Notes: generated from the sequence alone by a model not told the origin. A stretch of DNA of 64,000 nucleotides from Octopus bimaculoides (GCF_001194135.2 NC_068999.1:12330929-12394928); one strand, 5' to 3'; positions 12,953 to 26,599 are shown, counted from the stretch's first letter. Made by a program: numbers and translations.

Positions 12953-14604
12953 TTAATACAAATATATTTAAATGAAATAATTATAAATTTTTATCTTTTG
13001 TGGTCTTTCATGCTGACTACTTGATAAATTCTTATTAAGATTTTATCCAATTTTTAAATTTCACACACACACACACACACNNNNNNNNNNNNNNNNNNNN
13101 NNNNNNNNNNNNNNNNNNNNNNNNNNNNNNNNNNNNNNNNNNNNNNNNNNNNNNNNNNNNNNNNNNNNNNNNNNNNNNNNNNNNNNNNNNNNNNNNNNNN
13201 NNNNNNNNNNNNNNNNNNNNNNNNNNNNNNNNNNNNNNNNNNNNNNNNNNNNNNNNNNNNNNNNNNNNNNNNNNTATATATATATTATAATGGAGGAAAC
13301 GTCTTATTAATTAGGTATGTAACAGTTACTAAAAGAAAGCAATTATTAAAGGATTGACCGCCTGGAAATTTCTTTATATATTCATGTTCCAAGACATTTC
13401 GATTGTAATTTCGATTTCTGAAGTTTATAGGATGCTTGAAATACAAATTTTTCACTAAAGTAAATATTCGTTCCATTCACTGTAGAGTAGATTTTAATGT
13501 TTAATAGGAGACGCAAATTCCATGCAGCCGAAATTTACCGTTTGCTTTGAGACAAAATATATGTATAAGTTTCAGGCTTATGACACGAGGCAGAATTTCA
13601 AGAATAATGTTAGTTTCTGGAGTCTGTTAAATGAATATAACGGTATAATTTTTAAAAGAACACGAAGCGATTTTGTTTCGAACGCTATATGCTGTTTGGA
13701 ACGCTATAAGCCTTACATTAATAACAATGTAATCGCTGCTATTTCTAGCAGGCTAAATATAGTTAGGTTAACTTGAAGATTGTTTAAATTAAAGATATAT
13801 CACAACTATGATAAATTTCTGAAAGAAATATTTACTAAGCAAGTGAGAATATTTTATAAATTGAAGTTTTCAGGAAAATTTACTCTCTGAACTTCCTTTT
13901 ATTATTGATTATTTCAAGTTCAAAAATTTAAATATTCGGTACAAAATAGTTTTTAATGAGCTTTTATTAATACGATTTTTTTCATTTCATGTTTAGTTTA
14001 TTCACTGTTTGCAATGCTCTCTCTCCCTCTCTGTCTCACACACACAGTCTCTCTAATATAAACGCATATGCACACACACACACCAGAGGTTTGATTTCTT
14101 TATACACGAATATCACATTAGAATTTTGCAATTCAGCATGGGGCGCCCCAAAAGTATGGTACAGAAAAAGATTCAGCAGCAAAGTCACAACGGCAGAGAG
14201 AAAGACGGGCAACTGAATCAGATGAAAGAACTTGTTAAAACTTACCTAAGCTTCGAACGCATGCAACTTATTTCCTTACCGTCGTTATCGAATTTACCAA
14301 GTGGATTTATTTCTCTGGCTATCTGATGAACTATAGGTATTGAAATACCTCTATGTGATCGCTGCTATTTTTTGCACACTAAACGTAGTTGGAAAAACTT
14401 GATAATAGTTTAAAAAACGGAGATTATGACTGTGATAAAATAATGAAATATTTACTATTATACAAATATGTATACTAATATTTACTATCATACAAAGAAA
14501 TAATTAGACGTAAAATATCATAAAAATATTACTAGAATTGGGAATCAAATGTGAAATTATTTTCAACTTAGTAACAAAATACTACACGTAGGGCGGTCTT
14601 TCTG

Positions 14605-14664
<60 letters not shown>

Positions 14665-17600
14665 TTTCCTGTGAATCCGTATTGCAGTGATCATGATGTT
14701 ATAGCTATTGTTGATGACATTTTGTCAGCAACAGTGTGACTGCCTCTTCACGAATGATGAACAAGCACTACACCACTGAGTGATGAAGTGTATGGACTGC
14801 AAAGAGAGCTATGTTGAAAAAAATAAATCTCATTTGGTCATAATCCGTGAGAGTATCTTGGTCAGCTTATGAGAGTAGTTGAGAGGAGAAAAAATAAATT
14901 AGATTATATGTATATGTTTTAAGAATACATGTTTTTTCAGTCTTTTTAGTATGCTACCTATTCTATTTGACATTAAATGAGACTAACGATGAATGGTCAG
15001 GTTGCAGTATAAACTGAAATTGAGTAATAAGAATCCGAACTATCTTTTACATCGATTTATTCAGGAATATGTAGCCTGTAATCCGCAGAAAATTTAATAA
15101 AACTAAACCATAAATATGGTTGATGGACGGAAGAAATCGCGAGATATCTTGCTGCAGAGGGAAGAAATGAAACTGGTGTGAAATTTTAATATGGATAATA
15201 TCAAAGTAGGAAATACACTGACAAACTAAACTAAACATTACAAAAATGCAGCTATTAAACGAACTCACGGAAACTCGTTAAGTTAGAAACAGTAGATATA
15301 AAAGTGAAATACCTTCAAGGGTAAATATTAGGAAGAACATTTTCCAGGACTCTAAATATAAATTAATGATTTCTGAAATAGACAGATTAACAAAATGTGC
15401 ATAGCAACATATTAATGAAATGATATCAATGTATATACATGAATTCTACTGAAACTATCAACGAACAATAAATAAACAAATACACTGTTTCAATAATGGG
15501 GAGCAAAGCTTAGAGAAACAGGATGTAATTATCTAATCAACAAGCAGAAACAGGACAAGTGCTGCAGTAGCCAGTGGCAAAAGAAATATAGATGAAGAAT
15601 TTAAGAAGCAAATGTTTAGAAAGAAAAATATGTCATCATTAAGGCAATAAGCAGTGATGCTCAACAGCGGAAAATAAAACATCCTCTAAAGTGTCAAATG
15701 AAATTTCGACAATCATAGAAGATGCCTGAAACAAGAATACCACAACTCGAGGAACTAATCAATGATGACAATAGCATAAGTCAAATACACAATATTTCTA
15801 CAAAGTATATGAGCAAAAGCCGAACGAGTGAGGTCAGCTTTGACCTGACGATCGCGTATTTGAATCCGGATTTGCGAGATAGAAGAATTGTATACAGAGC
15901 AGAACTCTAACCGAATGTTATTAGGAGTACTTAGCTTTTCTTTTCTCGGTAACTGTAACATTTGAATAGTTTACAGATGTGTTAGTGTGCAACAAGTCGT
16001 TACTATTTCCTGATAACGAAATAGCAGTTCATATTTGCAGACGATGTTGCTTCTGGAAAAAGCAGTCATGTTTTCCCTTATAAATATATATATATAATAT
16101 TGTAACCGAAATTTATTGTAACCGAAATTTTCAATCGTTGTAGCTGGATGCATTTTATATGTTGCATGATCATTTTTCATATATTAGAGAAAAACGTAGG
16201 TGTATGATAGCATGCATCTTCTGAGAAAAAAAAATGTATATTACATTAATTAGAAAGACAAGCGACGTCGCTCTATATTACATTTTCTAACATCATTGCT
16301 ATTGAAATGTCTCGCGTTAGAGTCATATTAAAATGTAGTTTAACATATTTTAATAAAGCGTTGACATTAGCAGAGACAACAATAACACCTGAGGAAACTG
16401 AGTTCTAGACCTAGTTTAACATTTCCTGGCAATTACTACGCAGGTATGACGATGAATTTAATTAAGTTTGCTTCACAAAATTATTCGCGTGTTAATCGGA
16501 CACACAGACAAACCCACCAAACTATATACACACCAAAACATCTATGTAACTACCTACGTACCTGCCAATTTACATACCAACCTACCAACCGACCTACATA
16601 CTTGTCTATCTATTTACCTTTGTATCTACCAGGCCGTCCACATCTCTACCTACCCACCTTAATCTAGTTAGCATATATATATATATATACATATATAAGG
16701 AGGCTGTGTTCAAGTTTATGTTTGTGCGTAGACACCTATGTGTATGCAGTTGTGATTTGGCGTATCTTAGTTTTTCACTATAATAACGGGGAATGATTTA
16801 TTTACCAAATGTCAAAATAGAAATCCTGCTTCCTTTTCTTGTATTGAAATTAATTGTAATGTATTCGTTTGTTAAATCCTTTGCGATATTTGCTTTGGTC
16901 TATGCTACATTCGCTTCTTTACTTTTACCGCGATCTGAATGAAATGAGAGAGTCGACTTGTCACTAACACAAAATGACATTCTCTATCGCTCATCGTTTG
17001 ATATATAACAAAATAAATCATGACATTGTGCAACCTATTCTATAAATAGATAAAAATAAACACATAGCAATGTATTCTTAAGAAGGGAAAGAAGATAGAC
17101 GCAAATTGTACAGCACAAAGCAGCTCAAGGAAGAAGTATGATTGGTAAACCGTTTTCACGCAGTGATTTATATTTCTGCTTTACCTAGAGTAATTTATAT
17201 TGACCTCTGCAGGTTATATAAATAATATCATAAGCAAGAATTTAATATATTTGGAATAGAATAATGTTCTTGTCTACAGTTCCTATAGTAACAACTCTTT
17301 GGCCTGTGTAATCTCCGTTCTTTTTCAGGTGATTAACATATTCGGTAAAGTTCTTGAATTTTTCAACAGAACCAGTACTTAAATCCATTAGTGTAGTTTA
17401 TTGTGACTCCGTTGCCCGTAATAATATATTCTCATATAAGTCGTCCCTCTAATTTTAATGTGGCTTCTCCGCTCCACTTTAACTAAAGTGTATGCAAATT
17501 TATTAATTAAATGACTGAAGAAACACCCCGGTAAAAACTCTAATTAATACTGTATATGCTGGCGTAAAGGACACGCATTTCTATTCTTAAAAATAGGAGC

Positions 17601-17682
17601 ATATTGCCATTGGTATAGTAGTGCACCGATTGTATGAGTGTATGACGAAACAGTTAAAATTTATTTTATGAGCAAGATAGAA

Positions 17683-17869
17683 GCAGGAGTGGCTGTGTGG
17701 TAAGTAGCTTACTCACCAACCACATGGTTCCAGGTTCAGTCCCACTGCGTAGCATCTTGGGCAAGTGTCTTCTACTATAGCATCGGGCCAACAAAAGCCT
17801 TGTGAGTTTATTTGGTAGACGGAAAATGAAAGAATCCCGTCGTATATATATATGTATATATATATATGT

Positions 17870-17920
<51 letters not shown>

Positions 17921-18110
17921 TCCCCTAGCATTGCTTGAGAACCGATGCTGGTGTGCTTATGTCCCCGTCACTTAGCGGTCGGTTCGGCAAAAGAGACCGA
18001 TGGAATAAGTACTAGGCTTACAAAGAATAAGTCCCGGGGTCGATTTGCTCGACTAAATGCGGTGCTCCAGCATGGCCGCAGTCAAATGACTGAAACAAGT
18101 AAAAGAATAA
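17683..18110 (+). mobile_element. SINE-B, full-length tRNA-derived SINE with internal (TA)/(TG)n
   Basis: A-box-like TGGCTGTGTGG, B-box-like GGTTCAGTCCC, CORE-like TTGGGCAAGTGTCTTCTAC, 3' tail CAGCATGGCCGCAGTCAAATGACTGAAACAAGTAAAAGA. Homologous copies at 42626 and 55757. Confidence 0.9.
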
Positions 18111-21100
18111 GAGATTAAAAGATTAAAATATACTTTTTTCTGACAAATTAGTAGGGATTTCTGTTATGCGACATTGTCTTCCACACACAGTAATCCAGTT
18201 ATATCAACTGTTTTGTTTCATGCAGTGAAATTTGAAAGGAAATTCGAAACAAATACGACTTGCACATAAAATATCATCTACCTAAATATGCGAAGGCCTT
18301 GATCTGGCCTTTTGTGTTTCACATGACATCGGAATTTCTTTCAAGTGTAGTTGATATTGATTTTCTTAAGCAAAACGTAACTTCTTGTTTCTTGTCCATT
18401 TTACCATCTGCTGGCTGCACATACATACTGTGATAGATCATCAACTTTTATGATTCAGAGACACTCTTGTTAGCTACTGAATACCTTATGATGTTAGGTG
18501 TTGAATAACTAAATCAAATGTTTGGCTAGATGTGGATCTAGAGGTTTTAGTAAGTTTATTGTTAGTAACACTAAGAAAGTTTAGTCCTTTTTGTTGATTA
18601 TTTGGAAAACAAATCAAAATGAAACGCCCAAGTGAACACCTATCGAGGGGAAAAATAACAATTTCCATGAATCCCTTAATATTAGTAATCACATGTGAAC
18701 ATAAATGTAACAAAAAGTAATATGGATGTAAGTAACGGCAGCTCTAGCACGGAGTCTCAGGACAGAAACTAATGGAAGTGGACGGTCCACCTTTGATTCC
18801 ATAAATCGTATTTTATATGCAAAACCATTGTCAAGAAACGCTGGGTAAAATTTTCGATTCATAATGGTGATGCAAGAACCCGGGAAGAAACGCTTTAAGA
18901 AAACTGCACCGAACCGCATCGGATAAAAATATATATGTATATAAAATATATCTCTCATTTAGTAAACGAATTCATGACGCTGGAGTTTGAGGTATTCCTC
19001 TTTCGTTTATAGAACATAGAGCATTAACATTGAGATATTTAATCAACACAGAGCTGTTCATAGCAGGAAAAAGTTACTTCATATACTCGTTCTATGGTGC
19101 TATTACATACGTAATCTCTCCTCTGGTCCCTGGATGCTTCGCAGGATTATGGGTTACTATTACACGGATTTCGTGTTCAACCGACGACTATATTCAGAAG
19201 CTGTGATGCGTCATGTTACTTATATAATTCGAGATTGTCTGCTCAAACTGTTTGGTCATGACACTTGATATTCTGTTTTGTATCTCAGGCATCATGTTTT
19301 CTTTTCGAAACATCTGGCTACGATGATGGCTCGTGTTGGTCGATAACAAGCCACATGATCATAGTAGAGGAAGAAGTATGTCGCTGAGATCGTAACTAGC
19401 TTGTTCAGTATACAGAGGGTTGACAAGGAGGACCCGAGCAAGTAACGGCGTATGTCTCCATATCTGACCTGACCTTAATTGCATTCAAATATTAGACACT
19501 CAAACTAACTGATAAATTCTCATCGAAACGCTGCAACTCGTCTGCAGTTTATTATATGACTACAATGATAGGTTCAGTTCGTCAGCAGTGTTTTTTTGAA
19601 AAACAGATTAATTCAGACAAAGGCGCATTTCTCTTTATCTCATCAACCCTATCGTGTCTCAGCAGATCCTAATTCCAGCAATTAACCTTAGGTCGGAATT
19701 CTATTTAGCTAGAAGTTAACCCATCTGAATTCGATTACCGAATACGATCCTCGTGAAGGTGTTGGCTTAAAGAAGTTGGAATTCAATATATCAACCGTAT
19801 CAATCTCATGACTCAAAATAATCTGCAAAATTTATCGATACGTCACATGTCTTTTTTACTAAATCGATGAAACTGATACGAACAAATATATAGCACATAA
19901 ACTCATACACAAATATTGATATATTTCCAGATGGAAATAAAAATAAAAATATCGATGCCCCCCTGGAACAAGTCTATATCGATAAAATGACAAACAGACA
20001 AACAAATGATATTTATTATCTATAAATATATAATATCGATGGATATTATTCATGTTATTTTTCATTATGAAAATAAATGTTCTATTTTTTTTCAGATCTA
20101 ACGTATTTGATATGTCTGATATAAGCTAAATAGATGGCTAAAAGAAGATAAATGGATTTCTCGAATATAAGCATATTGAAACATAGAGATAATTGTGAAA
20201 AGCAGAAAAAGTGTGAGGATTAACAAGAAAAGCGAAGCAAGTTTGATACGGATTTATTTTCTTCAAAATTTCTCGAAAGAAAAATATAAATGAAAGAATT
20301 GCGAAAACTGCAGAAGAAAAACTAAATCTAAAATCATTGCGTTTTAGCAATCTGATTCCTATCGCCATTTTAGATGTCTGGGAAGAAAGGTTACACTGTA
20401 GGATATTAATGATATTTTCATTGCTGGTGACCTCTCCAAGAATATTTCTTCTTACTCTTTTCCCCTTTCTTTCAAAGGCAAAATTGTTAAAACATGTTTC
20501 AGTTAAATATCAGATTCGGCAAATAATAAATGAGTAATACAACACGTAAAGTTATATGATGTTTATTGCAAATATTTGCAAAATACTCTCAAATAACAAA
20601 CCGAACAACTTTAACTACAAACAACAAAAAGTACAAGAAGACAACACGCATCAGCAAGGGCAATTACAATGATGTAAGGAATGAAAGAATTTCTAAAAGA
20701 ATAAAAGACTAGAATTAAAATTAACAAATAAATATTTGGAGAGTAGAAAATGTTATGTAAAATCAATTAATATACGAAAGCATTTCGTTTTACGTAATAC
20801 GAAATGTAGGAAAGAAAAAATAAACAAAATGGCGAACATATCAAATTATTTCGGAACCGAGGCAAATTAGAATAAAGAAAAACACAGAAATTTCTGTCTA
20901 AGTTATTGCAACTATTGATACCATCTATGTATGCGTGTAACATTCTGTACTTCTCGCTCAGTCTTTTTGTCTGTCTGTGTGTCTATCTGTCCGTCTGTCT
21001 CTCTCTTTCTCTCTCTCTCTCTCACTCTCTCTGAATCGGGCACACGCTATCTTTGTTTCAATCTCTGTGCATATATCAACACGTGTGCATGTGTGTGTGT

Positions 21101-21988
21101 GCGTGCGTATGCTTGGTGCTTATGTACAAAGTTTGCACACAAACACATTCACGCATACAATCTTATACATACGTGTCTCTACACATTCACACACATACGG
21201 TTGTGTTTATATTCCTACCTCTCTGTGACTAAGTATATGAGTTCTTTTTTATGTTTAGTTGTCAATATGACTCAAAAACAAAACATCGGCAAGTGATGTG
21301 TACAGAGGTCAAGTATATGGTAACTGTATATATTGCGTCATAGTGCAGCCAGATTGAAAATTATACGCTGCTTTATCAGTTATATACCAGCAGCTTAACT
21401 TTAATTAATCAATACAACTTTTATAGGATGCATATAGGAACATTTGCTCCAGTCACAAAACAATATCATTATGTGTGTTATAAACCCGTTGAATATGTTA
21501 TTTTTGTAAGTTATTGAGAGGAATAGAGGTCTCGGAAAGAAACTGATTTTCCATATTTGTTTCATTATTCATACTTCACTTTTGTATTTGGTATGCTAGA
21601 TTCTTGAAACTTACCTTGTTGTAATTTGAGAGGGTCATTACACAAATAATAATACACACACGCACTGAATCCGTTTCAGCTCTCATACAAACAATTCATT
21701 GTTTGCTGAACCAACAAATTATAAAAATGAAAATAAAATCGTTCCGTTAGTTGGGTGGTTAGATAAATAACCATTTCACTAAAAATAAAGGAGTGAAACT
21801 GAACCAGAGCATGCGTCTATTAACCTTTAAATAAATGAAAAAAGGGATATTTATCTACATTTCTCATCAAACAATCACCGCAATCAAAAGCGTCCCGTTT
21901 CACCTGGTGCATTAAGCTAACCTCTATTTCTGTCCTTCAGTTTTTTTCCGCGCTTTCACTAATTTGCCTTTCTTTCTCCCGCTGATTC

Positions 21989-22039
<51 letters not shown>

Positions 22040-22040
22040 A

Positions 22041-22099
<59 letters not shown>

Positions 22100-22110
22100 C
22101 NNNNNNNNNN

Positions 22111-22148
<38 letters not shown>

Positions 22149-22966
22149 CTCTCCCAATCTCTCTCTCTCTCTCTCTCTCTCTTTTATCATAATACCCTTC
22201 TTTCAATATGCCTGTCTAACTTTATTGTTATTTTTTCCCCTGACGTTTTACTGACGTTATAAAAATACTTGTTTTATTGCTTTATATTACATGATTCTCA
22301 ATCACACGTTTCTGCTACACAAACATATGTATATATGCGTGTTTTTGCATGTACACATATATGTATTTACATTTCTATGTATGTATGTGTGTATGTTTAT
22401 TTGGGTGTATGGGAACATGTCTTAGTCTAGAGTCTAGACTATGTTGATGTGTTCTAGCTTAATCTTATTTTAGCTTATTAAAATTCTCGTGTGTGTCTCA
22501 TATATTTTGATTAGAACAGTAAAATAGCTAATTACATTTCCTCCACGTTTCTTTCTCAAGACTGGAAGTAACCGATACTCACTTCTCTACGGCCTCTTCA
22601 ACCGTAGGCGGAGTTTAATTATCAAGCTATGCTGACAAAATTTCACCTTACGAATTTCATTTTGTCAGTCATATAATTTATGATACTTGACTAAGACATA
22701 TCACATCATAAAACTTCAAAAACACATTGTTAAAAGAAAACAAAACTAATATTGACTTATTGCTTAAAATCGCCATGTAATTCTACTCAATTGACAGAAA
22801 AAATAAATGATTCCCGAAATTCATCCAGTTGGGCAAAATAAGGGGAATATTATAGACAGGTGCACTAAACATGCATAATGACAACAATTTTTTCGCGTTT
22901 GAACATTTGTATGTATGCTTATATGTATATATACTTACACACACATACACACACAGACGCCTCTCC

Positions 22967-23036
<70 letters not shown>

Positions 23037-23068
23037 TATACATATATATATATATATGTGTATAGATA

Positions 23069-23810
23069 TTTTTTTCTGTAGTTTCAACTCAGAGAGGCGG
23101 TCATGCTGATGCTCTGCCGTTCTGCTACGTTGTTATTAGTGAGAGCCTCCTCCAATATGTGGCACTTGGTGAAGAATAGAGTTTGATGTAGCTACCCTGA
23201 TTTTCACATGTAGTGAGGTAGGTTCATCTGGGTTCATCTCGACAGAAAGAGGTCCAGCCTTGATTTAAAAACGCGTACATTTACTTTGTGCAGATTCCAT
23301 TTACTTTGTACAGAGTATGATACTAAGAGCTGGGGTTTGAGGTAATCACGGATGTATACAGTAACTCCACCATGGCTCTTTCCCCTTCTCTTTGTTCGCT
23401 ATTATTCTGCATCCTCTGTATCAGGGCTGTGGTGAGTTTTCACGAGTGCTATGCATAGGGCTTCATTGCATGCAGCAAGGTCTCTCAGGAAAGAAATGTT
23501 TCTTTTATGATGATGCAACAGGCCCCCGATATTTAGTAAAAATTTTGGCGTGACGACTGTGTAGGCGTTAGAGGAGGAGGCTATTCCGTGTATGTTGACT
23601 GTTGGTTTTGCGCAGTGGTGGGCAAGGTTCCTTGTTTTCGCTTGGTGTAGCAAGATCAACTGTAAATGAAGGACGCACCATGTGACAGTAGGACAAAATA
23701 CGATACTGCCGGTGTGAGGACTGATGCCGGAGTTTCGTAAAAAGTGGTTTCCAGTGGCGGAAGCCTGAACTACAACGTGCATGTCACACAGAGAACGTTT
23801 CTGGATACAC
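23069..23810 (-). mobile_element. Internally deleted CR1/L2-like LINE: APE endonuclease N-terminus fused to the extreme 3' end and tail
   Basis: ORF 23402-23812 ends LLNIGGL...RNISFLRDLAACNEALCIALVKTHHSPDTEDAE and continues past stops as RRGKSHGGVTVYIRDYLKPQLL (APE N-terminal motifs). From about 23315 it reads NLHKVNVRVFKSRLDLFLSR (LINE ORF2 C-terminus), then a 3'UTR and A-rich tail at 23069-23115. Confidence 0.8.
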
Positions 23811-23864
23811 ATTATTTACATTATTTACATCTGACGGATATTTGTCCTCATCTTGTTTGTTGTT

Positions 23865-23910
23865 AACACAATGTTTCGGCTGATATACCCTCCAGCCTTC
23901 ATCAGGTGTC
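23865..23910 (-). ncRNA. Minimal hammerhead-ribozyme motif, left arm
   Basis: GACAC-CTGATGA-A-GGCTG-gagggtatat-CAGCC-GAAA-CATT-GTGTT. Stems I and II are intact; the ACGT palindrome of stem III is mutated to ACAT. Confidence 0.6.
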
Positions 23911-24000
23911 TTGCGGAAATTCCGGGCCAAGGCTCTCATCCTTAAGGTATAACATCGAAAGTACATTAGGAATGGGAACCCAGGTTTGGAATTTCCACAA

Positions 24001-24046
24001 GTCACCTGATGAAGACTGGAGTGTATATCAGCTGAAACGTTGTGTT
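24001..24046 (+). ncRNA. Minimal hammerhead-ribozyme motif, right arm
   Basis: GTCAC-CTGATGA-A-GACTG-gagtgtatat-CAGCT-GAAA-CGTT-GTGTT. The core and ACGT palindrome are intact; stems I and II each carry a mismatch. Confidence 0.55.
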
Positions 24047-25062
24047 AACAACGAACAAAATGAGGACAAATATCCGTCAATTGTAAATAATGTACATAAT
24101 TCCTTATCTCTTAAATATAGATCTGTTTCCGGTTATGCTAGGTACCTCGTCGTATGTGTGTATGTGTGTGTTTGCATGTATTAATATATTTATATATGTA
24201 TATTTAGATCCCAGTGTATGTATATATATATATATATATATATATNNNNNNNNNNNNNNNNNNNNNNNNNNNNNNNNNNNNNNNNNNNNNNNNNNNNNNN
24301 NNNNNNNNNNNNNNNNNNNNNNNNNNNNNNNNNNNNNNNNNNNNNNNNNNNNNNNNNNNNNNNNNNNNNNNNNNNNNNNNNNNNNNNNNNNNNNNNNNNN
24401 NNNNNNNNNNNNNNNNNNNNNNNNNNNNNNNNNNNNNNNNNNNNNNNNNNNNNNNNNNNNNNNNNNNNNNNNNNNNNNNNNNNNNNNNNNNNNNNNNNNN
24501 NNNNNNNNNNNNNNNNNNNNNNNNNNNNNNNNNNNNNNNNNNNNNNNNNNNNNNNNNNNNNNNNNNNNNNNNNNNNNNNNNNNNNNNNNNNNNNNNNNNN
24601 NNNNNNNNNNNNNNNNNNNNNNNNNNNNNNNNNNNNNNNNNNNNNNNNNNNNNNNNNNNNNNNNNNNNNNNNNNNNNNNNNNNNNNNNNNNNNNNNNNNN
24701 NNNNNNNNNNNNNNNNNNNNNNNNNNNNNNNNNNNNNNNNNNNNNNNNNNNNNNNNNNNNNNNNNNNNNNNNNNNNNNNNNNNNNNNNNNNNNNNNNNNN
24801 NNNNNNNNNNNNNNNNNNNNNNNNNNNNNNNNNNNNNNNNNNNNNNNNNNNNNNNNNNNNNNNNNNNNNNNNNNNNNNNNNNNNNNNNNNNNNNNNNNNN
24901 NNNNNNNNNNNNNNNNNNNNNNNNNNNNNNNNNNNNNNNNNNNNNNNNNNNNNNNNNNNNNNNNNNNNNNNNNNNNNNNNNNNNNNNNNNNNNNNNNNNN
25001 NNNNNNNNNNNNNNNNNNNNNNNNNNNNNNNNNNNNNNNNNNNNNNNNNNNNNNNNNNNNNN

Positions 25063-25107
<45 letters not shown>

Positions 25108-25182
25108 ATGTGTGTGTGTGTGTGTATGCATGTATACTTGTACGTATATATGCAGATACTAATTTATTATTTGTTTTATATG

Positions 25183-25219
<37 letters not shown>

Positions 25220-25734
25220 TTGTGTGTGTACACACATACACATATGTATATGTAATTGTCTTGAATATATCGGAGCATAACATAGAGCACAGCTTATTAA
25301 TGCTATTAAACAAGGGCAACTTAAAAAACAAAAGATATAAAACCTGGGAAAGTGATGATAACGATTCTAAAAACATACCAGGAAATATAATGGAAAATAA
25401 AACAACATCCAGCAAAAAAAAAAAAAAAGAATAGAAAAGAAGAAATCATTGTCTTCAAAAGACCAGGTAATTAAGGAGAAAGCTTAAAGCATAGACTGAA
25501 AGTAAACGTGAAGGCTGATTGGCTGCAACTTATATTGTTGTTTTTTGTTTCAATTTTTTTTTTATCTCGTTGCGCCATAAAAAAAGATAGGGATGTGATC
25601 CCCGTCAGGGCCCCTGATAAATGAAGCGAGTGACTTTAATAGCATGATGTCAGATCGATAGAAGCAACATTAGATATACGCCATGCTCTTCTAGATAACT
25701 ACTAGTTAGAACGACATCATGTGTTTGTTAGCGA

Positions 25735-25794
<60 letters not shown>

Positions 25795-25879
25795 CTATCT
25801 GTCTATCTCTCAACATATGTATTTATTTATTTATCTATACACACGATCAATGGCAAAAGTATGCATGTGTGTATATATA

Positions 25880-25927
<48 letters not shown>

Positions 25928-26599
25928 AGTGTGCATGTATGCATATATATTTATGTATGTATACATGGGTATATANNNNNNNNNNNNNNNNNNNNNNNNN
26001 NNNNNNNNNNNNNNNNNNNNNNNNNNNNNNNNNNNNNNNNNNNNNNNNNNNNNNNNNNNNNNNNNNNNNNNNNNNNNNNNNNNNNNNNNNNNNNNNNNNN
26101 NNNNNNNNNNNNNNNNNNNNNNNNNNNNNNNNNNNNNNNNNNNNNNNNNNNNNNNNNNNNNNNNNNNNNNNNNNNNNNNNNNNNNNNATATATATATATA
26201 TATACATGTTTATATATATACATGCACATATATATGTATATAATGCTAAGCAAAAATGCTGTATTTTATCTTTTACACAATCTAGCCACGCGTTGCTCTA
26301 TGTGATTGTGCGTGAGGACGCGCATACATTAAATACAAAAAGCCAATACTGAGCATCCATCCAAATAATATTGATATGAAACTATGAACCAGCCAATCAT
26401 AGAAGCAAACATTCAATAATTTTACCAATAAATTGTACCACATTCTGTCCAATAGGTTAATCCAATGTATAGAAATAAAATCCAGTGGACATCATATTTG
26501 CAGCTTAGAATAAACTAACCAAAATAAAATGGATGTAAATATACATACACACTTACCTGCATACATACATATATACAAATATACATACGAGCAAACATA

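Larger units (their letters stand above)
23811..24100. mobile_element. Imperfect palindrome of two inverted Penelope-like terminal repeats
   Basis: Left arm 23811-23949 is the reverse complement of right arm 23961-24100 (ATTATTTACATTATTTACATCTGACGGATATTTGTCCTCAT... vs ...ATGAGGACAAATATCCGTCAATTGTAAATAATGTACATAAT), with an 11-nt spacer. Confidence 0.85.

Noticed and set aside
14138-14240. MGRPK(K)YGTEKDSAAKSQRQRERRATESDER, reminiscent of a Helitron Rep N-terminus
   Set aside because: It needs a frameshift, is low complexity, and has no Rep/helicase motifs or clear termini nearby.
14322-14365. CTGATGA...GAAA at 14.3 kb as a hammerhead
   Set aside because: No stem I, II or III pairing compatible with the hammerhead fold.
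16099-16130. 16-bp tandem duplication (and a 20-bp one at 34161-34196)
   Set aside because: Ordinary local slippage duplications.
17683-17760. tRNA-like sequences (also at 35944, 40560, 50220, 51580, 55757)
   Set aside because: They are SINE heads that continue into SINE bodies and lack an intact cloverleaf, so they are not tRNA genes.
19140-19500. Possible Tc1/mariner DDE remnant (DNKPH..., SPYLT)
   Set aside because: The motifs are too weak and out of register to support a call.
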